Shown piece by piece: positions 1-8,425 of a stretch of DNA of 64,000 nt. Both the position numbers and the translations under genes were made by a program. Source of the stretch: Clostridiales bacterium (GTDB lineage Bacteria; Bacillota; Clostridia; Oscillospirales; CAG-272); assembly GCA_016282315.1 (NCBI GenBank), contig JAEEKG010000096.1, positions 4,447-68,446 of the forward strand, written 5' to 3'. The notes below the pieces were generated by a model. The model was not told the origin of the DNA, did not search any database, and worked only from the letters and a program-made list of their open reading frames with translations. The number at the start of each line of letters is the position of its first letter. Positions within the stretch are counted from its first letter, which is position 1.

Positions 1-95
1 GAAGATATTTTGGTTACATGAAATCCTTCAGATGTCAAGCAAGTATTTACATAGTGTGCATCATCATTATTCACTATCGCAAGTAACAGCTTCAT
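1..95 (-). CDS. 5' end (31 codons) of a DarA/YaaQ-like cyclic-di-AMP receptor (PII-like, DUF970) gene that continues past the left edge
   Basis: Minus strand reads GGAGG, a 5-nt spacer, ATG at 95, then MKLLLAIVNNDDAHYVNTCLTSEGFHVTKIS. This resembles the conserved N-terminus of Bacillus YaaQ/DarA. It is truncated, so it is absent from the ORF track. Confidence 0.5.
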   Translation of the reverse strand, partial: MKLLLAIVNNDDAHYVNTCLTSEGFHVTKIS

Positions 96-170
96 AGCAG
101 CCTCCAAATGAGTTTTTATGTTATATATTATATATTAATTCAAAAAAGTTGTAAACATCACATTTATTGT

Positions 171-198
171 TTGACATTTATTTTTATTGTGCTATAAT
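171..198 (+). promoter_or_regulatory. sigma-A type promoter for the ferredoxin gene
   Basis: TTGACA (171-176), 16-nt spacer, TGcTATAAT extended -10 (TATAAT at 193-198). Confidence 0.6.
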
Positions 199-245
199 TC
201 AATCAAAGATACACACGTAGGATGTATCGGATCGGAGTAATTAAT

Positions 246-419
246 ATGCCCTACAAAATTGACGCCGACAAATGCATCGGTTGCGGAACATGTGCTGACA
301 ATTGCCCAGTAGAAGCTATCGAAGAAAAAGACGGAAAATACGTTATTGATCCCGATAAGTGCATCGAATGCGGTTCTTGCGCAAGTGTTTGTCCCGTAGA
401 AGCTCCCGAACAGGAGTAA
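246..419 (+). CDS. 2x[4Fe-4S] clostridial-type ferredoxin (57 aa)
   Basis: Two CxxCxxCxxxCP motifs (CIGCGTCADNCP, CIECGSCASVCP). MPYKI start typical of small ferredoxins. GGAG lies 8 nt upstream of ATG 246, so the track start at 222 is probably too early. Confidence 0.9.
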   Translation: MPYKIDADKCIGCGTCADNCPVEAIEEKDGKYVIDPDKCIECGSCASVCPVEAPEQE

Positions 420-432
420 TTCAATTTACTAC

Positions 433-457
433 GCCCGCTTTTCAGCGGGCTTTTTCT
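433..457 (+). terminator. rho-independent terminator after the ferredoxin gene
   Basis: GCCCGCT / AGCGGGC stem, TTTC loop, followed by TTTTT. Confidence 0.8.
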
Positions 458-479
458 TTAAAAGACCTTGGAGAATCAG

Positions 480-1694
480 ATGAAAGAAACAATTATCACC
501 CCCGTTTTGCTTGGAGCTGAATTGAACGCCTATAGTGTTGCAAGGGCCTTCCACGAAAAGTTTGGATCTACCGCATACGCTTTTGGCAAAATCAAACTTG
601 GATTCACTTCTAACAGTTCATTTATGAACGTCAAAATAGTCGATAATCTTGAAGACGAGAATGTAACAATTCCTATGCTCGTAGATTTTGCAAAACAGCA
701 TCCGGACAAAGAATTGTTTTTATTGGGATGTACCGACGAATTTGCCGAAATGCTTATAAAACACAGGGATGAACTAAACAAGTACTACTTCTCTCCATAC
801 ATCTCTTATGAATTGTCACAACAACTGGTATCAAAAGAAGCTTTTTACAAAATGTGTGACAAATATGGGATAGATTATCCTAAGACATACATTTTCAACA
901 GCAATTCCGACTTATCCATTTTTGACAATTCTCTTCCATTTGACTATCCTATTATCATAAAACCATCTAAATCTGCTACATATTGGAAACATCCTTTTGA
1001 TGGGATGAAAAAGGTATATTTGGCAAAAGACAGCCAGATTGCAAAACGGATTGTAAAACAAATAGTTGATTCAGGCTATGATGATAGTATCATCATTCAG
1101 GATACAATTCCCGGAGATGATTCAAAAATGTTTGTGTTAACTTGTTATTCAGACACAAAAGGCAATGTTAGAATGATGAATATGGGGCATGTACTCCTGG
1201 AGGAACACACGCCCAAAGGTCTGGGTAATCATGTGGCAGTTATTACTGAATGTCACGATGGATTAGTCACCAAACTCAAAGACTTTTTGAATGACATCAA
1301 ATACGTTGGATTTTCTAACTTCGACATCAAATACGATGAACGTGATGGTAAATTCAAAGTATTCGAAATAAACCTAAGACAAGGAAGAAGCAACTATTAC
1401 GTCACTTCATCAGGATACAATATTTCAGAGTATTTATACAAAGACAAACACAATTTGTTTGTAAATGAAACAGACATTTGTAAATCCTCTTTCTTTTGGC
1501 ATTCTGTTCCAAAAGGCATAGTGTACAAATATCTTCAAGATAAAGAAATCGTTAAAAAACTCAAAGAACTTGTCAACAATGGACAATCTTCATCTACCCT
1601 TTGGTATAAGCCTGATTTGCATAATCCAAAAAGACTATTCTTCTTACTGGCACATGATTACAGATTCTACGGAAAATATAGAAAATATCATTAA
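480..1694 (+). CDS. ATP-grasp carboxylate-amine ligase, D-aspartate ligase-like (peptidoglycan side-chain ligase)
   Basis: ATP-grasp signatures (IIQDTIPGDDSKMFVL, FDIKYDERDGKFKVFEINLRQGRSNYY). From memory they resemble Enterococcus faecium Aslfm / Lactococcus AslA. Followed directly by an aspartate racemase. GGAGA lies 5 nt before ATG 480; the track uses TTG 468. Confidence 0.7.
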   Translation: MKETIITPVLLGAELNAYSVARAFHEKFGSTAYAFGKIKLGFTSNSSFMNVKIVDNLEDENVTIPMLVDFAKQHPDKELFLLGCTDEFAEMLIKHRDELNKYYFSPYISYELSQQLVSKEAFYKMCDKYGIDYPKTYIFNSNSDLSIFDNSLPFDYPIIIKPSKSATYWKHPFDGMKKVYLAKDSQIAKRIVKQIVDSGYDDSIIIQDTIPGDDSKMFVLTCYSDTKGNVRMMNMGHVLLEEHTPKGLGNHVAVITECHDGLVTKLKDFLNDIKYVGFSNFDIKYDERDGKFKVFEINLRQGRSNYYVTSSGYNISEYLYKDKHNLFVNETDICKSSFFWHSVPKGIVYKYLQDKEIVKKLKELVNNGQSSSTLWYKPDLHNPKRLFFLLAHDYRFYGKYRKYH

Positions 1695-1704
1695 GGAATA
1701 AGTT

Positions 1705-2430
1705 ATGTCCGAAAAATTGAAACTTGGAATACTGGGTGGTTTGGGACCTATGGCAAGCGCCATATTCTATAAGATGATAACTGAACACACCAAAGCAAGT
1801 TGTGATCAGGATCACCTAGATGTTGTGGTTCTCAGCGGAGCAAGTACTCCTGACAGAACTGAATTCATCACCGGCAAATGCACTGATTCACCACTACCCA
1901 AAATGCTTGAAGGAATTGAAATACTCGAAAAAGCAGGAGCTGAAATAATATCAGTTCCATGTAATACTGCGCACTTTTTCTATGACGAAATAAACAAATT
2001 CTCAAATGTACCTGTTCTTAACATAGTTGAATTGGCAACTGGATATATTAAGAGCACAGGTGCAAAAAGAGTTGGTTTGTTAGCAACAGATGGAACGATA
2101 AAATCCGGTTCTTACAAGCATGAATTTGACAGAATGGGACTTGAATATGTAATTCCTGATGAAGATGATCAAAAAATAATTATGGACATCATCTATAACA
2201 AGATAAAAAACAACAATGACACAGATCCTCAGGACTTTTTCAAAGTTGCACAAAGACTGAACCAAAAGAATTGTGATTGTTTGCTCATAGGATGTACAGA
2301 ATTGTCATTAATTCCATTGAAAGACGCGCCAAAAGATATAAAATTTGTTGATTCTCTTGAGATTCTTGCAAAGGTATCAATTGAAGAATGCGGCTGCGAG
2401 ACAATTGGATTTGATTACTTAAAACAATGA
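1705..2430 (+). CDS. aspartate racemase (Asp/Glu/hydantoin racemase family)
   Basis: GILGGLGPMAS N-terminus and the two catalytic Cys motifs VPCNTAH and IGCTELS. Confidence 0.85.
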   Translation: MSEKLKLGILGGLGPMASAIFYKMITEHTKASCDQDHLDVVVLSGASTPDRTEFITGKCTDSPLPKMLEGIEILEKAGAEIISVPCNTAHFFYDEINKFSNVPVLNIVELATGYIKSTGAKRVGLLATDGTIKSGSYKHEFDRMGLEYVIPDEDDQKIIMDIIYNKIKNNNDTDPQDFFKVAQRLNQKNCDCLLIGCTELSLIPLKDAPKDIKFVDSLEILAKVSIEECGCETIGFDYLKQ

Positions 2431-3860
2431 GGCTGTCAGACTTATTAATCGGGTTAAATTATACACTTGTTAACACTGACAAAACGCCCGATGACATTAA
2501 TATTTTGAATGTCAGTTACAACTCATCTAAGTGTAATAGTTCTTCTCTGTTTATATGTATCAAAGGCGCGACGGTTGACGGCCATGATTATGCTGAGGAT
2601 GCATATAAAAACGGAGCTATTGCTTTTGTTTGCGAACACAAGCTTAATTTGCCTGCAGAATGTTTTCAGATAATTGTACAAGACACAAAAATTGCACTGG
2701 CTATTATTTCCTCAAATTGGTTTAATCACCCCGAAAAATCCATTGGATTAATTGGAATAACCGGAACAAAAGGAAAAACGAGTTGTGCTTATATGATTTC
2801 AAAAATCCTCAACGACAATGGAATAAAAACCGGAATAATCGGGACATGTGGAGTTGAGCTGATAGACAATACTCTTCCAACAAACAATACAACGCCTCTG
2901 AGCTATGACTTGTATGAGTATTTAGATTTGATGAGAAAAGATAATTACTCTTACTGCGTTTTGGAAGTATCTTCTCAAGCATTGAAATTAGACCGGGTTT
3001 ATGGCTTGAATTTTGATTATGCCATATATACTAACCTTTCCATAGATCACATTGGTGTGAATGAACATGAGTCATTTGAAGAATATAAAGAATGCAAAAA
3101 GAAATTATTCCAGATGACAAACACCGCCATAATTAACCTTGATGATTCTTATGGCCAAGAGTTTATGGATTCTTCTAAATGCAATACTTATTCTTATTCT
3201 CTTAAAAATGATGACTCTGATATATTTGCCAGCAATGTTAATTGCAACAAATTCGACACATCATTTACTGTTGAGGGTGTTTCATTTAAAATACCATTTC
3301 CAGGCAAATATGCTGTGTATAATGCCCTTTCTGCGACTCTGACAGCAAAACTTATAGGTTTGGATATAAATAAATCTTCCAATTCACTAACAAGCGTTAA
3401 TGTTCCCGGAAGATTTCAAATAGTTAAGACAAATAAAAAAGGTGTGTGCTTTATCATAGATTATGCACATAACGAAGACAGTCTAGGCAACTTGCTATCA
3501 AATCTGGAGCCCAAAAACAGGCTTGTCTGCGTATTTGGGTCAGTCGGTGAAAGATCTCAGCTACGAAGAAAAGAACTTGCCCTTGTGGCTTCAAAATATG
3601 CCGATTTGAGCATTATTACTTCTGACAATCCTAACCACGAGCCTCCAGAGAAAATAACAAAAGAGATATCAGGTTATATGACAGGACAATATATAGTCAT
3701 TGATGATAGAACAAAGGCAATTGAATATGCAGTTAACAATTCCGAGCCCGGAGATATTGTAGTTTTCGCCGGCAAAGGCCACGAGAAATATCAACTGGTT
3801 AATGGAATAAAGCAACCATTTGATGAAGAAAAACTAATTATAGAGTTTGCAAACAGATAA
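2427..3860 (+). CDS. murE: UDP-N-acetylmuramoyl-L-alanyl-D-glutamate ligase MurE, with the L-lysine-adding type motif
   Basis: Mur ligase P-loop GITGTKGKTS. DNPN at aa 400-403 (3624-3635) instead of the DNPR found in meso-DAP-adding enzymes. ATGA start/stop overlap with the racemase gene. Confidence 0.9.
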   Translation: MRLSDLLIGLNYTLVNTDKTPDDINILNVSYNSSKCNSSSLFICIKGATVDGHDYAEDAYKNGAIAFVCEHKLNLPAECFQIIVQDTKIALAIISSNWFNHPEKSIGLIGITGTKGKTSCAYMISKILNDNGIKTGIIGTCGVELIDNTLPTNNTTPLSYDLYEYLDLMRKDNYSYCVLEVSSQALKLDRVYGLNFDYAIYTNLSIDHIGVNEHESFEEYKECKKKLFQMTNTAIINLDDSYGQEFMDSSKCNTYSYSLKNDDSDIFASNVNCNKFDTSFTVEGVSFKIPFPGKYAVYNALSATLTAKLIGLDINKSSNSLTSVNVPGRFQIVKTNKKGVCFIIDYAHNEDSLGNLLSNLEPKNRLVCVFGSVGERSQLRRKELALVASKYADLSIITSDNPNHEPPEKITKEISGYMTGQYIVIDDRTKAIEYAVNNSEPGDIVVFAGKGHEKYQLVNGIKQPFDEEKLIIEFANR

Positions 3861-3866
3861 AAATTG

Positions 3867-3896
3867 GGGAGTGATTAATTCACTCCCTATTTTGAT
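3867..3896. terminator. hairpin terminator between convergent murE and the EamA gene
   Basis: GGGAGTGA / TCACTCCC stem followed by TATTTTG. It overlaps the EamA stop codon. Confidence 0.6.
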
Positions 3897-4813
3897 TCTA
3901 TTACTCTTTTTTTGCTGACTGTTTCGTGTTCTACGCTATTATTCTTCTTTTCAATATCCAATTGTGAAATCAGAACTGCGACAAAAACAACGCCAAAACC
4001 TATGTACTTTATTATATCGAAATCTTCATAACCTGCAATGAATGAAGCCAATGTTCCGAATACTGATTCAAGTGACAGAATAATTGCTCCATCGTTTGGA
4101 TTAGAATACTTCAAGCCAAAGTTCTGCAACATAAAGCACAAAGCAGTCGCGCCAAATGCCAAAAATGCAAGCGAAGGAATCATTTCAATTTTTATTGGTG
4201 TAAAAGGACCTTCGAATATTAAACTGAAAATAAGTGACAACAATCCCGTCGAGGCAAATGATATCGAAGACAAAACGAAAAGATTCTGGTTTCTTGAAAA
4301 CCTATTTTGTAAAACAATCTGGAATGCAAAGAACACACTGCAAATCAGTGTCAACGAATCACCTAATTGAGGTGCAAAATTTCCACCGTTAAAGTTTATT
4401 GAAATCAGACCGATTCCAAAAAGACACAATATTGCGGAAACTAAGTTTTTTGTCTTTGGTTTATTCTTGTTAATAATCCAGGCAACAAACGGAACCAATA
4501 CACAATAAACAGCTGTCAGAAAAGCATTTTTTCCCGGTGATGTATGCTCAAGACCATAAGTCTGAAACATATAAGCTACAAAAAGAACTGCGCCGATAAT
4601 TATTCCCTGAAACAATACTTTTATATTAAAATGCTTCCATTCTTTTATAAACAAAAATGCTACGATAATTGAAGCTATAGTAAATCTCAATGAAATCAAT
4701 TGAGCTGGTTTGAAAGCAGCCAATGATTCTTTCATAACAACAAAAGAAACGCCCCAGATAATGGACGTCACAAACATTGCCACAATGGCTAATACTTTGA
4801 TATGTTTTTTCAT
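3887..4813 (-). CDS. EamA/DMT-family drug/metabolite transporter (10 TM)
   Basis: Polytopic membrane protein with the duplicated EamA-like architecture. Confidence 0.8.
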   Translation of the reverse strand: MKKHIKVLAIVAMFVTSIIWGVSFVVMKESLAAFKPAQLISLRFTIASIIVAFLFIKEWKHFNIKVLFQGIIIGAVLFVAYMFQTYGLEHTSPGKNAFLTAVYCVLVPFVAWIINKNKPKTKNLVSAILCLFGIGLISINFNGGNFAPQLGDSLTLICSVFFAFQIVLQNRFSRNQNLFVLSSISFASTGLLSLIFSLIFEGPFTPIKIEMIPSLAFLAFGATALCFMLQNFGLKYSNPNDGAIILSLESVFGTLASFIAGYEDFDIIKYIGFGVVFVAVLISQLDIEKKNNSVEHETVSKKRVIESK

Positions 4814-4971
4814 ACGAATTGAAATAAATAATTAGTAAAACTAAACGACCTTTTTCTATATATATAACTAGTAATAATCTAATCTCTGCAAGTCATGATT
4901 TTATTATATTTTCAGATTTATTTCAACAAAAATCCATAAATGTATAATTATTCATATCATTTCGCCATTTT

Positions 4972-5009
4972 ATGCATAAAATAAGCACGCCACAATTCAG
5001 TGGCGTGCC
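4972..5009 (-). terminator. rho-independent terminator of the 1080-aa lipoprotein gene
   Basis: Minus strand GCACGCCAC / GTGGCGTGC 9-bp stem followed by TTATTTTA. Confidence 0.7.
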
Positions 5010-5028
5010 TTGGTATTAATATTGAATC

Positions 5029-8000
5029 TTATTTATTATTCTCAGCAAAGAAATCTTTGAGTCCAACTTGAAGAGTTGATATTATAGCTGTTAACAGATA
5101 TCCCTCTTTTTCAACTTTCAATGCTGCAGCAGCTTCTGTACAATAGGATACTACATCTTTTGTAGTTTTAATACCATCTAAATATCCCTTACTTACATTC
5201 TGCATGAAGTTTTGGATAGTAACAACATTGCTGTATTTCTTCTCTCTGATGATATCGAAAATGATCTCTTCGATGGTTTCAGGATCCATGTCAGGAACTT
5301 TTTCCAAATCATATCCCAAAGCAACGAAATCATCCTTGAAAGAATCAACCAACTTGCTTATGTTTTCCTGATATGCTGAAGCATTTGATTTTGCTTGGCT
5401 GTAATCAGAAAGTGATGTACCAACGAGTTTTGCTGTTTCATTTGTATAGAAACCATAGTTGTAAATAGCTTCATATACTGCATCCTGAATCTCATTGTAC
5501 TTCAGATTTGTTGCATATGATGATGAGTAATAAGCTCTTAATGTGTAAATGTTCTTAGTTCTCATCTGGTTTACATATTGAATGTAATCAGAACAATTCT
5601 TAGCACCATCAGTCAATGCAGAATATGACATGCCGGCGTTGGACGCCATTGTGTGGTAAATCTGAGTCTTATCTTCAATAAATGAATCCAATACAGCCTG
5701 AAGAACCTCAACAGCTGTCATAGCATAGTTACCTGTTTCTTTGTATTCTTCATTTGTGTAGTATTCAAGAATTCTATCTTTATATGTTGATTTGACTCTG
5801 TTTATGTAACTGTTGTAAGCATTCTTATCACTTGATTTCAATGCATCAAGTTCAGCTTTTGTAATTCCAACTTTTGAAAGAATTTCATCATAGACTTCTG
5901 TTTCGTATTTCAAAGCTGTGTATCCGTTTTCAGTAACGAATTGTGAATACAATGATGAGTGGATCTGATTGTAAATCTGTACTGGTGTCTTTGAACCCAA
6001 TGCAGATCCGGAGAAACCAGATACTCCATTAAGCAAATCTGAATAGTATGAAACAAGTCTGTCAACACCATTAATGAAATCTCTTGATTCGTTTAACTTA
6101 TTGTTAATTTCATCCCAAGTAACAGTATATTTGTTGCCGAGACTATCATAGAATTCCATTTCTGATGTTATATACTCTTTAACGAGTGAGCTGTAATCTT
6201 CATCTGTCAAATTGTTATCTTTGATAAATGTCTTTGTTACATACTCTATAACTGCTTTTTCAAACTCAGCTGCTGTCATGTCGTTATATACAGCAAGCTC
6301 TTCTTCTGAAGCACTGCCGAACAATAACAATTCGGACATTATTCTCAAGTATCTGATATTTGAATAATATGTTTCAGCTTTCTTCTTATTTTCTTCGAAT
6401 TTATCAAACTTAATGCCGAGTATTGAAGCTATATCATCCTGAATCTTTTTGTTTAATCCGGATTCAGTAACGATGCTTTCATACAAATCACAAGAATAAT
6501 ACTCTGCTATTCTATCTCTGAACCATTCGTTGCTTCTGATAGATGTGCCATTGAATGCGCTTTCTACTGATGATTGAGAAATACCATCATCCAATAAGCA
6601 TTGCAGCAAGTATTGTTTATGAGCATTTTTGATCTTTGTCATGTTAGAAGTTCCTTCTGCAGTTGACAAGGAAGCTTCGAACTGTTCATATGTAATTCCA
6701 AGAGACTTTTGAACTGCTTCAGTCATTTCTGCTCTCTTAATAAAGTCAGCTAACTGAGATTCCAAGTCTGATTCTGTTATTGGATAAACGAGCGAAGGAG
6801 AAAGTAAGCTTGTGAGGTTTGCCTGTTTGTAATAATCCCATTGATCCGGGAGCATTCCCTCTTCAGGATATCCCATCAAAACGTTTCCTGTCAGAAGATT
6901 GTCCATCATATAAGACTTGTTCAATCTTGTGATGGTCTTGTCTTCATTTACGGTGTAGTTTACACCTTCAATACCATACTGGAGGAGATTCTTTAAAGCG
7001 CTGTTTGTAGTAAATGCTTTTATAACTTCAAGTGCTCTTTCGCTATCCTGAGTATATTTGGAAACAGCGAGCATTCCGTCAAATATGATATCTTTTTCAA
7101 CGAAAGGATTCTGAATTACTGCGTATTCATATCCTGATCCTGGTGTGTACTGTAATACAGAAGATTCATCGCCTTTTACAATTTTAACTGCAAACTTTTC
7201 GCCTTTATCTTCAAAGTAACCGTTATTTGTGAATTCTTCCATTACTTTGCAGTAATCAACATATTGCTTAATGTCAAAAAGGTTTTTGATTTCAAAAGTT
7301 GTTCCTTCTTCTGCGTTGTATCCGTAAATCGGATCAATGTATGAAGCAACAGCTACATCTTTTCCAAATGGGAAGAATAAGCCAAGACATTCAGGTTCAC
7401 CAGCAAATGGAGTTACATTTTCATTTGCTTTAACTTTTGCAAGAAAGTCAGCTAAATCTTCATATTTTTTGAATGTGTCTATGTTGAAACTATATTTGTC
7501 AGCGAGTTCTTCATCTACTACCAAGTATGTATAATCAGCGAGCAATGTGTTTGTTGGAATAGCATAAGTTCCGCCTGATAGAGCGTTAATCTGTTCCATG
7601 AATGTTGGATAGATGAACTGAGCAAAAGCTGTATAGTCTGCAATTGAAGAACCTGTCTTAATCAATGAAGCCATATCTTCAAGGACACCAATGTCCATGA
7701 ATTCATTAAACATGTCATAGTCATCTACCATGAGAATGTCTAGTGGTGAGAATGGGTCTGGATAAAGAGTTGAAATAAGACCATTTTCATCAATTGTAGT
7801 CTGTTCAGCGGTATATTTTGTTCTGGATGTCACAGTATCAGCAACAACGGTAACTCCTGCTTTCTTCCATTTTCCGAAAATAGAGTTATTTGAAGTTGCA
7901 GATGCAGCAGATTGTTTGTTAGCAACTCTCTGAGCATATGTGTTATATTTTTGAATTGCAGCGTCAAGATCGATAAGGTGATTAGCTTGAGCTACTCTCT

Positions 8001-8271
8001 CGTTTACAAGATCCATGTACTGATCTTTTGTCACGAGAGTCAAGTTAATTTTGGTTTCGTATGTATTGCTGAGTATGTTGTTAATGGCATCTTCTACCAT
8101 TTTAACAGCTGAATCGGTTGTACTATCTTCTGTGATACCTATCACGCTCAAAGTCATAGGTAGTCTCATATCAGCCTCAGAATCAGAACTATTTGTACTA
8201 CAGCCTGTTAGTACAAAAGTCATGACAATCATTAATACTGCAACAATCGCACTGATTATTTTCTTTAGCAT
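5029..8271 (-). CDS. giant lipoprotein (1080 aa): N-terminal half resembles an extracellular solute-binding protein, followed by a ~550-aa helical extension of unknown function
   Basis: Signal peptide plus lipobox LTGC. The segment AVSKYTQDSERALEVIKAFTTNSALKNLLQYGIEGVNYTV is typical of family-1 (LplA/YtcQ-like) sugar-binding proteins. No ABC permease gene is adjacent. Confidence 0.6.
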   Translation of the reverse strand: MLKKIISAIVAVLMIVMTFVLTGCSTNSSDSEADMRLPMTLSVIGITEDSTTDSAVKMVEDAINNILSNTYETKINLTLVTKDQYMDLVNERVAQANHLIDLDAAIQKYNTYAQRVANKQSAASATSNNSIFGKWKKAGVTVVADTVTSRTKYTAEQTTIDENGLISTLYPDPFSPLDILMVDDYDMFNEFMDIGVLEDMASLIKTGSSIADYTAFAQFIYPTFMEQINALSGGTYAIPTNTLLADYTYLVVDEELADKYSFNIDTFKKYEDLADFLAKVKANENVTPFAGEPECLGLFFPFGKDVAVASYIDPIYGYNAEEGTTFEIKNLFDIKQYVDYCKVMEEFTNNGYFEDKGEKFAVKIVKGDESSVLQYTPGSGYEYAVIQNPFVEKDIIFDGMLAVSKYTQDSERALEVIKAFTTNSALKNLLQYGIEGVNYTVNEDKTITRLNKSYMMDNLLTGNVLMGYPEEGMLPDQWDYYKQANLTSLLSPSLVYPITESDLESQLADFIKRAEMTEAVQKSLGITYEQFEASLSTAEGTSNMTKIKNAHKQYLLQCLLDDGISQSSVESAFNGTSIRSNEWFRDRIAEYYSCDLYESIVTESGLNKKIQDDIASILGIKFDKFEENKKKAETYYSNIRYLRIMSELLLFGSASEEELAVYNDMTAAEFEKAVIEYVTKTFIKDNNLTDEDYSSLVKEYITSEMEFYDSLGNKYTVTWDEINNKLNESRDFINGVDRLVSYYSDLLNGVSGFSGSALGSKTPVQIYNQIHSSLYSQFVTENGYTALKYETEVYDEILSKVGITKAELDALKSSDKNAYNSYINRVKSTYKDRILEYYTNEEYKETGNYAMTAVEVLQAVLDSFIEDKTQIYHTMASNAGMSYSALTDGAKNCSDYIQYVNQMRTKNIYTLRAYYSSSYATNLKYNEIQDAVYEAIYNYGFYTNETAKLVGTSLSDYSQAKSNASAYQENISKLVDSFKDDFVALGYDLEKVPDMDPETIEEIIFDIIREKKYSNVVTIQNFMQNVSKGYLDGIKTTKDVVSYCTEAAAALKVEKEGYLLTAIISTLQVGLKDFFAENNK

Positions 8272-8327
8272 TTACCTAATTCCTCCAAAATTGCTCGCGT
8301 TATATATTTATATAACTACCTCATTTG

Positions 8328-8356
8328 ATTTTATCAAAAAGCTTTTTTTATGTCAA
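8328..8356 (-). promoter_or_regulatory. sigma-A type promoter for the giant lipoprotein gene
   Basis: Minus strand TTGACA, 17-nt spacer, TGaTAAAAT extended -10. Confidence 0.55.
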
Positions 8357-8425
8357 TAATAACAAACAAACTATCATGTACAAGATTTATGCGTGATAAT
8401 TGTGAATATTGACCATTTGGATATA

